A model generated the notes under the pieces. That model saw only the letters and a program-made list of their open reading frames with translations, ran no database searches and was not told the origin of the DNA. A stretch of DNA of 64,000 nucleotides from Callorhinchus milii (taxonomy: Eukaryota). The stretch covers positions 7,688,001 to 7,752,000 of the forward strand of contig NW_024704764.1 of assembly GCF_018977255.1 (NCBI RefSeq). Direction: 5' to 3'. Numbering within the stretch: the first letter of the stretch is position 1; every line of letters starts with the position of its first letter. Position numbers and translations under genes: made by a program. Below, piece by piece: positions 23,695 through 36,890 of the stretch.

Positions 23695-25400
23695 TCAATG
23701 CTTGTCTTAAACTTTTACCGATTGGCTGAATGACCTTACCTTGGACACTGAAGTGACTGGTATCACAATATCCCACTGGACAGGGTAGACCATGGCTGGG
23801 TTGTATTTCTCCAAAATTCAGATGATCTTACACTTTCATTGTAAGGCACATCACATGCCTTGTAGATGTCAAAATCATGCTTGAATTCTTCTCTATTGCA
23901 AGGGAAAATTTGCAGAATATTTTCATAGTTGCTAACACAGCTTGTTACCTGAGCCTTCAAAAATGGATCAAATTCTGCAATTGGCAAAAAAGAATATGAT
24001 CCATAGAGCGCCTCGGGAACATTGCGATCTACAGTTGTGATCAGTTTCTTTTGGAACTCTGATACAAACGCTTTTGTTGTAGATGACTGGGCTTGCCTTT
24101 TGGAGCCCATTGTGTTGAGTTGCACTTCATGGCATTTTTGTGGACAACAGCAAATTTTTACATCAGTTAATCATTGTCTTGATGCGATGTATCAGTCTTG
24201 CTTTTGTTTCCATCAGCGACTCTGCTTGGTGGCTTTTTCTCAGAAGCACACAGAGAAAAGATCTCTTTCAATAGAGGTGGTTTCCATCAGCCTCGAACAT
24301 CAGACGCAGTTTCTTTGTCTTCTTTGAAGTGACTGCCTCCTCTTTAAATGAGTCTATAATGTTGTTCCAAAGCTCATGTATGACTATTTCTTCCTCAAGT
24401 CTGGAAAATGAGCATGACAGCCCAAATTATTGGTTCACACTGTTTATCAAACACGCTTCAAAAAATATTAATTTCAGCTTGTTTATGTGCTTGAATATTG
24501 CAGGAAAATGCATAATATTGGTGCATAATAGATTGGTGTGGTTGCACCAATCAATATTAATTCCATGAACAAAGACTAGGTGCAAAGGATGGGAAATGCA
24601 TGGGATGAGCAGTAGGTGTTTGTCTCTTGTAGGTCCTTTATTAAACATTGAATGTACATTGCAGAATCGCTATTGATTTAATGCACAGTTTTTCCATTCC
24701 AGGCTACACTCTCTCCCAAGACACCTTGAAATCATAAAGAAATAGCACCCACATTTCACTAAAGAACAACTGATGCTTTCAACCGGATTGCGTTCATTGA
24801 TTTTTCAACTATAAAACAGTGCAAGTACATTAATTGCTGTTTGGCCCTCCTAACTATGGGTTCTGATTGATTTTACTTGAGAGATTTTCTCATCATTCAA
24901 GAGATACTTAATTTCTGCTTGATGGCGAGCGAAAACTTCCAGAAGATATTTATGTTGTAATTCCGGACAAGTGTGCATTGCCAATGTATACTTGGGACAT
25001 AGCTATTAAACTGGAGCCACAAGCAACATTCATTGAAATTTCCTCAAAGCACAAAGAAATCTGCCACTTCTTCCTTTCTTTGTCTCGTTCTTCCCAGTTA
25101 TGCCTGTTTTGAGGACTGAATCACATTTTATTTTTATTCTATTTTTATTTTTGAATGATTTGCTGTTCATACGTTGAGCAATCCAATTCCCTTACTGTGC
25201 GGCTTCTATTTTGTAGGCTTTAAGGCAACGAATTATCTCCTTTGCCAGATTTTTTCACAGTTTTAATTTGAAGGTCAGGATATATTCTTCTGGGAATTTT
25301 AATTTGTGAACCAATGGTGGACTCCACTGACCTGTAAAAGACACTCTGCTTTTCTACTGAATCGGTCGCAAATCCTTTCCTCCTCTGAATTAGTCTAAGT
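23695..25400 (-). mobile_element. Fossil hAT-superfamily transposase (frameshifted, with stops)
   Basis: Minus-strand translations in the correct order: ELQHKYLLEVFARH, INSDSAMY (catalytic-D-like), PCISHPLHLV (CxxH), EFW...WSTLS, and PVTSVSKVRSFS (hAT C-terminal dimerisation motif, 23725-23760). Confidence 0.75.
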
Positions 25401-25408
25401 ATATGCGT

Positions 25409-25785
25409 GGAGCCCTATAGCTCAATGATAGAGCACTCGCCTCGCAAAGGAGAAACCTGGGTTTGATTCTTACCAGGGTGAAACATTGTGCAAATTTCCT
25501 TACTCTGCATGCCTCTATTTACCTAGCAGTAAATAGGAACCCGGTGTTAGTCAATTGGCGGATCGCTTTTCTGGGAGTAATAATTTCTTCAAAAAATAAT
25601 AATCATAAATAAATAAATTGGTCACTCAATCCATGACTGTTTGTGTGACACTGCTGTGCACAATTGGCTGCCGCGTTTCGCCCACAAAATCTACAGTCAA
25701 TTCTCTTTATAGTATACTCTGTGAAGCACTTTGAGGTGTCTTGAAGAAGGGATAAGGCACTGTATCAAATGCAAGGATTATTATT
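25409..25785 (+). mobile_element. Full-length tRNA-derived SINE
   Basis: ggagccctatagctcaatgatagagcactcgcctcgc...aaatgcaaggattattatt. Confidence 0.88.
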
Positions 25786-26261
25786 TGTGTTTTTATCGGA
25801 CACCCATTGATCCTGCAAGCCAAAATCAGTCAAACACCAAGCTTTCTCTGCCATCTCAGTAAAATTGCATGTTTCAGACATCTGGTGGTGAGTCCTTCAC
25901 TCTTCATGTATGTTTTTAGGCTCCTCTTCCCTTCTCGCATGCTCAGCTTCTACATCAATTAATTTCTAAGTTTATAAAAAATTATTGAATCCAGGCAAGC
26001 CTAAACCATAAGCTAAGCATTGAAATCTCTGTTGTTGCAGAAATTTATATTCTGATCTCATGAAAGTTACAACAAATTAGTGTTCAAGATTTTAAATTTA
26101 CTATGGCCTTTCCAAATACACCAGTTGCATATCTAGAAATATATTTTATCATGCTAACAAATATTCACGTCTCGATAGTAATTTGTACAGTAAATTGATC
26201 ACCCACAGAGACTTTATGTATAATGCTGCCATATATAATGTTGTTTTCTGTTGTGTTGCAG

Positions 26262-26463
26262 CATAATTCTTAAGAAGAGCTGTTGTGTGCCTGATATGAG
26301 AAGAAATGGCAGCCTAGGGCAGAAAGCAAGCAGGATCTGCAGCCATCTTGACTAACGGCAGCATCTAAAGATCTGTTGGTTTGTGTATCGTGAACGAACC
26401 GCCATTGTGCAGCAGGTGTTTGCAGCTAGACCAGATGAATCATGAGCTCTCCAGATAACACAG
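26262..26463 (+). other. HDAC5: Exon 2 (5' UTR plus the first 22 coding nt)
   Basis: Acceptor ttgttttctgttgtgttgcag| (AG at 26260-26261) and donor CAG|GTAAAC (26463/26464). The acceptor position is inferred. Confidence 0.7.
26442..26463 (+). CDS. HDAC5: First coding segment MSSPDNT plus G (phase 1)
   Basis: ATG with A at -3, then 7 codons plus 1 nt. The last G joins AT of exon 3 to give Asp, as in the HDAC4/5 N-termini. Confidence 0.8.
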
Positions 26464-29400
26464 GTAAACATTTTAGGGTCCATGCGATTTTCACCTTGTA
26501 TCATCTTGCCCAGTTTTTAAAAGAAGAACGTGGATCCTAGCAAAAGGTTCTGATCTGCTGAGGACTTTGAGCTCATTAGTCAAGGTTGACACTCTAATGC
26601 AGAGCTGGGACCATGCTGTATTGTTGATGATGCTATCTTTTACCACTCACTCAATTTATTTCCGTATTCCATATGCAATAGACCATGCCCAGTAATTTGG
26701 GGAAAATCTTCACTTTCCTAGGATGTTAGAATATGTTTAGAATAAGTTAATTTCAATGCCTTAAATGTAATTTGTTTATTTGCAAGCTGTAATTCCAATG
26801 CTTGTACATTGATCAGGAAGCAATTATTCCTTGAATATGGAGCAATATAAACTTTGTGTCGTAGAGATTTGAACTATCAAGAATTCTTTATTTAGGCACT
26901 ATTCATTTTTACTGAATGTTTTATATACCCATGAAATTGAGCAATTTCTCAATTTATATGTTGGATCTTTTCTAGTTCTCTTTGGAGAATTTATGTTGTC
27001 TATAGTATCGTATCGGCAAGTTGATATATGAGCTTAATGAGTTCATTTGCTTAAACTGAGTTGATGGTGTTTGAATTGGCATATGGTTGGGCTGGGCTGG
27101 GATATACTCACAATGGTATTAGACTTAAGAATGTAACCCAAATTGTAATGTCTTTTGTCTTCAATTAAATTGCAGTAAGTCTGTAAAAGGAGCAATCAGA
27201 AGTCTCATCAGTTCACTTTTAAGTAGATTTTGAGTTCAGAGTGGTTTGGGAATATGAGCATCCTAAAGGTGGAATAAGCTTCTAAGCAATTCAAAGTGTG
27301 ATTACTTAAATTTGATCCTCTTTTAGTAAACTTGCTTAGGGTAAGTAACCTAGGGGAAAAATTATTCCTAGCGCTAGAAATGCTTGAGAAAGTAGTGAGC
27401 AGACAGCTTCATGTGCAGGAAGCTTGCCAGTTTGTGGCACAAGTGCCCTTCATTTTGGGTACCGCTAGGTCTACAGGGAACCTATGTTGTTGGTGGACTT
27501 GCTCTCTAATGAGGCAACTTATAACACGGTCGCCTTGCAGTTTAAAATGTGCTTAAAAATGAACTCATCCCTTGATTTTTTAAAAAAAAAACTGTTTTGA
27601 TTCATGTCCAGCAATGAGTTTGGGATGAGCAAGCAGGAGACAAGTTTTTGGCTTTTTTTTAAAAAAAAAGTCAGCATAAATTGCACTTTGTGCAAGACCA
27701 TTTTACTGCTGCTTGTTTTCTGTTTGTGTAGTGTTGATCATGCATGTTACCAAGTATATGGATATTACAGCTGTTATCCAGCATAGTTTGACATGTGCAC
27801 AGGCAGCTCTAACAAAGGTGTAGTCTGCAGGGTTCATGAGGGCTAAATTCTACCGGAGACCTCTCTGGCTACGATTACCATTAACTTAAACGAGTTGAAA
27901 TGAAATGGTTATAGCCCAATTCTAGGAACTTTTGTTTTCCTGACAAAGATATGGTATGCCATGCATTTCAGCAATGTGAATGAGCTTTACTGTACATCTG
28001 ACAGTATAGTTCAGCTGTTCAGCCTTGAAGAGGTTCAACTGAATTAGCATATTGCAGATTTGAAAGCGTCTGAATCCATGAGGCCAGAATAGAATTGTTG
28101 CTATGGTTGCTGACTGTTTCTGGATTGTTACCGTTGGAAGCTGAGTTAACAATAAAGAGCTGGGTGGCCTCAATGCATGGTGTCTTAATTATTTCCAGCA
28201 GTACGGCAATATAACAGCATTTTGTTTTGTGAGAAAACTGGTTAGTGAAACCATTTTTCTAATCTAACAAAAACTATTCATTCAGAAAATGTTTGCTTTG
28301 CCCTAGGATGGTCTATTACTTCATTCGGCATACGAGGCATTAATTAGACAGATTAAATCATTATTTTCTGTGCATGTTGGATTTAACTATATTAGCACGA
28401 ATATGGCTAATACGGTGAAATACAAAACACATTTGAGTCTGTTTTGAAACCGGTTTGCCCATGTGGTTAATAGTGCAAATAAAATGCTGGAGTGCATAGC
28501 TGATCATTTTATATATTATCATTGATTGTGTAATTTACGCGCACAAAGCAAACGGTTACAAAACTTTAAAGTATATTCTGTGAAGAGCTTTGAAACGTCT
28601 CGACGACATAAGGTGCTATATAAAAATGTGTGGATTATTATTATCTCCAATAAAGATTTTTTTATGAGCTGCCTATTGTTGGTGATCGAAAAATTGTAGA
28701 TAAGAACTCCTTGTCCTCTGGCTATATGACAGACCGACTTTCCAATGGACAGCTGGAACACGGTCTTATACTGGTATATTGTGTACTTGTCAACAGTTTT
28801 ACTGTATATTGAAGGATCATAAAATAATATTTCAGTACAAGTGGTAAAATTAATGGAAGATGTTAAATAATGAATTAAATGTAAATTTTAATTCCCTGCT
28901 TTGATATGCAATAGGTACGTTCTGGTATTTATTGGCTTCATTCATTGCCTAAGGTTTCAAAAAAATCTCTAAATGTATATTGACTGACTTCGGGGTTTAC
29001 AGCTTGGTTCAGAAGGATTTGAGTTTTTTTTCTTCGGTCTGGTTCATTTTGCTGTAAACCCCTGAGAATTCTTTGTGTTCCAGTACTGTGAGTGGATAGA
29101 GGAATGAGTTATGATTTCACTGCATACAAACCCTGGATGCATAACTGAGTAGCTTGCTGCAGAAGTGCCTATGTCTACATAATCCTCTTCAAAGGGTTAG
29201 CAAAGTATGAGTAACCTCCCATTTCAGGTAGAAACCCTCGGGGCACATGCTCTCTTGAAGTTTGATGATGGCGTTGAAAGATCAACGGCAGGATACTGGT
29301 GAGCACTTTGGAACTGACAAATTATCTGACACATGAAAGGTCACAGAAGCTCTTCTTACTACTTGCTGTCTAGAAAAAAATCCCTTTGCTCTCATCCTTT

Positions 29401-32271
29401 TGTAAAAATAAATGCTGCAAATTGATGCTGTGCATACAATTACTTAACAGTTTTGCTATATATGATCTTTAATTTGCCACATTAAGGTTTGTAGTTAAAA
29501 GGTACTAGGTTTCTTCCCAAATTGAAGCAGATCGAAATAGCACCCTCTATAGGGTGTAACTGACTTCTTAAGCTTCTCTAAAGTGACTCATTCCTAAATA
29601 TTTCATTATTAAAATGACAGTGTTTTTTTAAAAAACAAATTCTGGGTGCAGAAAATGGTATAAACCTTTGTTTAGTTCTATACATGTAGATTTGGGAGAA
29701 TCTTTATTTCAGAAAGCTAACTGAGAATTGAAAGTTTAGAGCCAAATTAAATTTTAATCTCATTTAATCAGTTAGAGAAGGAGTAGTGGTTGAATGTTAA
29801 TTTAGTGTTGCAAAGACTCTCCACAAGGGATCGTATTTTAGCCAAGTATTTTTATCACAGTGTCTCACTTTGTCAGTTCTCTCTTGCATGTAATTCCATT
29901 CAAAATAAATTCTTTATCCTTGTCATCCTCCAGGTAGTGCTGGAGTGAGTCTTTCTCGTTACAATCAATGTTTCACCGTTGTGTCATTGGATGTGTGAAT
30001 GGTAGTGACATTGTTAGATTTTTGAACAGTGGAGATCAATGAATATTCTGTAGTTTTTGTTCATTTTACATTTAGGCTTTTGGGAATATATAAGTGGGGC
30101 TTTTTTCCCCCTAGGAGAAGGAGTTTGATGGACTGAATGGTCATTTCTGATTCCATGCTTTCTTGGGTTCTTCAAGTGGCTATAGTGGTGAGAAATTTGT
30201 TTGGGAAAAGAATTTTGATTGTGCTGGTGCCCATAAACATATTGTCTTATAACTTACTACCATTCTTTTCCTTTTGTATGTTTTTGAATTGGTGCTAGTT
30301 TAGAAGAATCTGATCTTGTTTTCAGCATTTCACCATGAAAACTGTCTGAAGGTTTGGCTTTTGTGAGACATTTTGGGGTACAATTTGGCATCATCAAATA
30401 TCCAACCATCATAGCAAACCTCCACAGTACCAAAGTACTCACCAAATACTTACTCTTTTACCATGCATTTTGTGGATTTTTTTTTACTTCCAATATCTTT
30501 TCAGGCAAACGTCCTTCATGACTCTCCTCTCTTTTTCAGGTCTTGTAGCGCAGGAACAGCAGAGATTATTTTAAGGATGGGATAAAAACATTCATTTCAG
30601 ATTTAATGGCTTGTCAGGAGTTTTTTTCTGTGAACCACCAGCAGTTGATAAGAAAATAATCAACAGTTTTGCACTGTTGCTGACGAGCATGACACAAAAG
30701 CTGTAATCATGGTAACTAGCACTTGTTAATTCCTGCTAAGCCTTCTCTGGCTTTAGTCGCACCAAGTAGGCATCTGACACAAGGCAGCAAGTATCCAGAT
30801 TGATTTTCAGCCATAGCACCAAATGTGTTCAAGCAAGAAAAAAGATAGTACTGAAGTAAAATTAAAAATGAACAAAAACAAATTGAGCAAGAATTTGCTG
30901 CATTGTACAAGTGACAAAAACAACCCAGGAACTGTTTGGATATTTATTCCACTGCTGAATTAAGTTTTATATAATTTTGAGTTTGATTATGAGTTCGGAG
31001 TATCCCCTCAAGGAATACAAATCCTATAATTATTGTACCTACAGCAATATCATTGCAGTATGAGCAAAGATTGTGATAGGTGGAATAAATGTAATTTCTT
31101 TCTTCATTTTGGACACTTGTAATTCAGAAGAACATAACCCTCTAAAGATATAAAAGAGCCTGAGCGCCATCATTTTGGTCAGTGTTTGTTTTCAAATTAC
31201 AGGGTTAATAGTCATTTCCTCAGATGGGGCAGAAGTAAAGTAGCTTACCTGCTGAAAAAAATAACGTTCTTAATATGATTAGTTTGAATTTTTTTTACTG
31301 CTGAATATTGAATACAGTATGTGGTTCTGCAGTTCGACCCTGATTTGGAACTGTTTTTGGAAGGCAGTGTGGGCACTTTTGAGGTGAGTTCATGAAATTC
31401 AATTCAAATTCAATCACAATTTTTTTTGCACTTAAAATGTTATCGTCTTCAAAACATTTTTCCGAACATTTTCATTCTGCACAATATCTTCGTGTTACTA
31501 ACTGTGCTGGGTAGGACCACACATTTTTACACACGTGAGGAGCTGACTTTGAAGCAGATGCAATGAAGAGACACTTGAGTAAGTGTTTTAATTTCCGAAA
31601 TTTCATTTTCACAAATTACCGACTTGAAAATTAAAATGTTCAACAGACTTGCTGTGAATAAAGTAATGAGTACGGAATATCTGTTTTTTTTTAAATGCAG
31701 CAACTTGAATGTTTTTTTTCTTCATTCTAAATGTCCAGATTTAGAATTTAGCACCGTCCAGAGTGCATACTAGTTGAGGCGAATGGCTTGCTTTTGTACA
31801 GTTTTGTACTGCTTTTATACCTTCTACAGAAAAAAAATGAGGTTGGTGATCGGCTGCAGGCCACTTAGTAAACTATAACGAGATATATAGACGTTTCCAA
31901 GTGTCAATACCCTGTGGCTTTCTTCGTCCCTCTCTTGCTTGCTTCCTCTCCGCCCCCCCCCCCCCCCCCCCCTCCCCTCATCGTCATGGATAAGATTGTC
32001 AACCAAGAAAGGGAAGGAATTAACTCTATTGTGTCGTAATGACTGACTGCAATTTGTAAAGAAAGACACCACTGTAAATGAGAAACATTGAATTGCTGAA
32101 AAGGAATTCTTTAAACAGGCGCCTTGTTCCTGACCAGAGTATTTTATGAAGAATACTTTTGCATTCTTCCAGTGTTGCAAACGTATTTTAATCATTGTTG
32201 CGATAAATTGATCGGAGCATTCTTGAGTTTTCTAATGTTCTGATGAGCTTTGATGTTTTCATGTGTGGTGG

Positions 32272-32340
32272 TGAGTCATCATCAGTAACAAATGAGTCAG
32301 TGCAGATACCCGCTAAACTTAACTGCCACTAGATGGCACC
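32272..32340 (+). promoter_or_regulatory. Two AP-1 sites adjacent to a CTCF-like motif
   Basis: TGAGTCA at 32272-32278 and 32293-32299; CCACTAGATGGCAC at 32326-32339. Confidence 0.45.
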
Positions 32341-34399
32341 AGGGTGCTTTGAAACTGCACATTAAGGCGCTGTGCGAGTGGTACCTAATGACTGATAAGT
32401 ATTTCTTGTTATAATTGGAGGAGTGAAGAGCATCATTTGGTGATTTACCATAATATGTTGTGACCATTTAGACACACTGTTGAACATTATTTTAGCTGTG
32501 TATTTTGTGGGATCAGTGTTTCGCAGAGCCAGCGCAACTTGTCAGTGTAGGACTGAAAGGTTCAGATTTGAGCATCAAATGCAAGTTTTAAAAATATTTT
32601 ATTACGTTCATGTTGCTCTTAATTTTTCAATTTTGTTTCATCAGCTTGATCTTTTTATCACAGGTCTGATTCAGTGCCACGGGAGATTTTCTATCTAGCC
32701 GTATAACAACTGTATAAGATGCACCATTTTGACTATTCAGGAAAATTAAAATAATGAATATTTGCCGGTTACTTGAGTACAAAGAATTAAGACTGTTAAG
32801 ATCTCCTTAATTTGCCAGCAGAGAAAGTTAGTGATTGTCTTAATGGGGATCATTCACTCATCTCCAGTCTTTAGCTAAGTTGCTTTGTAAGATTCGTAAA
32901 TGGATCCTCGCGTTTTGAAGGTTAAGAAATGTTTTGTTTAAAACAAAGCTATTTTTATCACTACAATTTTAATTACATTCATCTAAAATGATTATCGTTT
33001 CATGCAAAAGAACAGAACTCTCAGAGCTTTTTAGGGAATACTTAATGTGCAGAACCAGAGCTTGCGACATCACAGAAAAAAGGCCATTTGGCCAAGCAAT
33101 CAACATATTTTAAGATGTTTTAAAATTTGCGTAAAATTAGTACCATCCAATATTGAATGATTCTGGAGTCTGGAGAGTTAAAACAATGTCAACAGAATTC
33201 AATTTTGAATACACACTTACTAAGATGTCTTGAGCCTCACTTTGAATTTGGGGAGTGTTTAATTATTGGGATAAAACCACTTCTTTGACTACAGTGACCT
33301 GTAGCTTTGCTGTTGTTGATTTTCTGTATTGTATTGCAATACAGAAAATCAACGACATTCGCAAAATAACAATGTTATACAGATTATGGCAAATTGTAAA
33401 AAACTCAAGGACAGTTATATGAGGCGGGGTGAAGCAGCAGCTGTTATGTCAGCATAGGCATAAAAGTAGAAATATTGCTGCAAAAAATCTTTTGCCCAAC
33501 CAACTGAGGAAGCATTTACTCTTTATGACTATCATAAATCATCAGAACCCCGGGTTTCACTGGTGTCTTAAAATAACTGAGATGATTTTCTAAGGTAGCT
33601 AGGAAGTGTTTACTTCAAATAAAGGATGCATCATTTCTCATTCTCAACGGAGACTTCAGAGAATCTATTCTTATAACTTCAAAATATTTTTGTTCTTTTG
33701 TTCAAGTTTCTGTTTGCTATCTTCATTGAATGTATGGTATACCTACTTTTATTTTTGCTGCATTTGTAAAAGTAACAAGTTTTCTTTCCTATATATTAAA
33801 TGCAGTTCATCAGTCTCCTTATCAAACACTGGGCTTGAATTTGGATGGGTTGATAATTTCAGCAGTGATTTTGAGATGCGTAAACTGGTTCAATCTTAAT
33901 TTGTTTTGGGGGGCCTTTGCGAATCAATAGGTCGGATTTTGCTGCAGGTAGGAAAATTTGCTAGAGGATCTTGTTGCCGGATTGATCCAGTGATCTCTTC
34001 AAGTAGGCATTAATAGTTTCAAATATTCATCTCTGTTCAATCCTTGCTTCTGGCTTTTGTACTCCAGAATCTACGTTAGGCACAATTAAGATGCTTTGCA
34101 AGATGTATTGCAAATAAAAAAATAATGATTTGAGCCACCAAGGTGCAATTTTATTGTTGAGCGCTCCCACATTTGGACTTCCTGTGTTGAGAATATTTAT
34201 TTCATGTATGTTCCCTACCATGTTCTCCCTGAGATGAAATAGCTTTAATACATGATTACATATCCACCTGAGGGCATACGAGAAATAATCTAAATCTGTA
34301 CTATATTATATTGCCACCCTGGCCTTGCTTCTTTAGACAAAATTGCATTTCCCGTGAAATCAGTCAAGTGATTGCCTCGTCACAGTGCCTTAGAATAGA

Positions 34400-34700
34400 A
34401 ACTGAGAAATTATGGCATTGAAAGGCCATCTGGGCCATTCAGGCTATTCTGGTGTCATCTCCTCTTTGGAGCTCTATGCTCTTTTCAAAATATATTGAAT
34501 TCATTTTTAAATGTTATTGTCTCAGCCTAAATAGCCATTTGTGGCAAATTATTTTCATGTTCTCCAAACCACCCTACCATGCAAAGATATCTTCTAAACT
34601 ACCCCTTACCTTCAGGGTATTTCAACTTACCCTTTTGAGCCTCTGTTTCTAGTACACTGCTTTAGTAAAGAACTTAAATGTAATGCTTCACTCCCTTTTT
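34400..34700 (-). mobile_element. Decayed CR1-like 3' end
   Basis: gaaaggccatctgggccattc is the reverse of the CR1 terminal motif. Similar short ends lie at ~30127, ~48270-48600, ~50797 and ~59670. Confidence 0.45.
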
Positions 34701-36744
34701 ATACACATGTGTAAAACTGTCAAATATAGAAACCTCTCCCCCCCCCCCCCCCCCAGGGTTTGATACCATATCAAACCTTGAGTTTGAGTTTTCTATGTTT
34801 TTCTATACAACAGTTTTTGTTTAGGATCCTCTAGTACTGTTTTTCTGTTCTTTCAGTACATTGCAACATATTCTGACAGCCATAGAAAAGTGCTCTAATG
34901 AGGGATCAGGGATTTGTTTTGCGACGGCAATGTTATTGCATTGTTACAACTGGTGTGCATATTGCAGCTGAGTAAAAGCTGCATTGGCAGTACTGTACTG
35001 TACAGCAAACAATGTAATCCAGATTTGCAGGCCGTAAAAGCATGCCTGAAGATCTGACTTTAAATTCCATTTAGATTTTAGGCCTATGGCTTTTCTTTTA
35101 GAGTGACTTCCATTTTTATTTCTGTAAGTTCTATAGCTGATGTTTGCACATGTTAATAAGAGTAATATTTCTGTGCGATGATGTGCTTAAAACAGATTCA
35201 TAGCACTCCGGCACTGTATATATTAGAAATAGATGGCCTCATGGAGTTGAGCTACTGAAGGAAGACCTTGAAGTGGCTGCCTTTATGTCATTTGCATTGG
35301 CTTGTAGCCAGGTTCCCTCTTAGAGCTGGTGCATATAGCCAGTAAATGGAGAAAATAGAGGCATCAATATTTTTTCCCTAATCGCAAGACAGTGGGGTTA
35401 AAGCCCTGACGGCCTCAGGGTTATCGGAATTCAGTTGATCTGGTGCTGAAATCACCGGGAGTAAAGGGCAAACCAGAAGAGGCTAAAGAGCCAACTGTTC
35501 ATAGCTTATGGCCCAAAACGTGAAAACAGTACAGTTGCCAAATAAAGAATTAGCAGAATGTGCATTGTTTTGAGAGCAGACAGTTAAATCAAGCCTTACA
35601 CTTGTTCAAAACTTCATTCTCTTGACTGATCAAGTGCCAGGGCTAAATATGGTACATTTGTAGATCTGTCCTTGAGACTGAAATATCTTTCTACTGCGAG
35701 ACCCATCGTATTCTTTATAGGTTATGAATTCGCCTCCAGGGGTGAGAATAAGATGGTGAACAAAGGTTTCTTTTTTGTAGGATCTAGCTTGTAGGATCAT
35801 CTTGTTTTTTAAGAGTTCTTTTGAGCTTCTTCCCCCTCTCTACGCTCCCACCTTGCTGTCCCCAGAGGAAATCTCTATTTCGTTAAGGGTTGCCTGTTAA
35901 AATGGTATGCTTTGGGTGGAGTCTTCATATACAGTGCATAAGATGGAAGAATCTCAGGGTTCATGTCCCAACATTCAGGTGACTAGCATCATAACGTTTT
36001 AGAAGAATATTAGAGTTATATGATTTCCTCTCTCTTCTCTGCCCCCACCCCCACCCCAATTGGAGGATACACACCTACAATTTGGAAATGTCTACATGGG
36101 GGATTCTGCCATTTGGAGAGAGGATGCCCATCTTGTAGTGTCTATTCCTCAAACTCATTTGATCATTCCTCCCTATACATCTGCTGGTGTGATTGACATA
36201 ATACGCCAGCCTATTACATCACTTCTCACGAAAAGTGTATGAAATTGGGACTGGGTGAAAACTTCCTTGCTACTCTTTGTACGTGATTACCTGGTTTGGA
36301 ATGGAAAGTAACTGTGAATAATTAACCATGTACGAAACCTGAGAGATGATTTATTTATCATTTAATGAAGTCACTCTGTGGCCATGTTTTTGTCCTTTTT
36401 TTTTTGGCAGTGTTTAGTTTGTGACAGCATGCGGCAGTGTTATGTGGGAAATGTTCAAAGCTGCACAGGACACACATGATCAGGATCCAGGACCCCTGTG
36501 TTTTAGTTGATGCTATTTTCAGCCAATTTACATTTTAAAAGAAATTGTTTATAGTGCCATATACTTTGAAGTTTGGCTTAGTTGGTGAACTGCCAGCTTT
36601 CTTTATGTGGTTCCCTTCAGTTTCAATTTTGGAAAATAGTAATTTTAGAAGATCAAGTATGCACGATATTGTGAACTCTCAACATAACCCAATTTACATG
36701 GAAAGATTAGGATAATTAAGCATTTCATTTTAAAAGTTAAAAGT

Positions 36745-36890
36745 TTGTGGGACACTGTTGTGCGCAATTGGCTGCCGCGTTTCGCCCACAAAACACACAG
36801 TTCACTCCACTTGACAGTATATACTGTGAAGCGCTGTGAGACGTCTTGAAGACATAATAACGCGCTGAGTAAATTCAAGGATTATTATTG
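36745..36890 (+). mobile_element. SINE 3' half
   Basis: tgtgggacactgttgtgcgcaattggctgccgcg...caaggattattatt. Confidence 0.85.

Noticed and set aside
23763-24648. Domesticated transposase host gene
   Set aside because: Multiple frameshifts and stops, a lost catalytic Glu and flanking insertions indicate a fossil.
31824-32195. 123-aa minus-strand ORF
   Set aside because: No recognisable domain; its Gly run comes from a C homopolymer.
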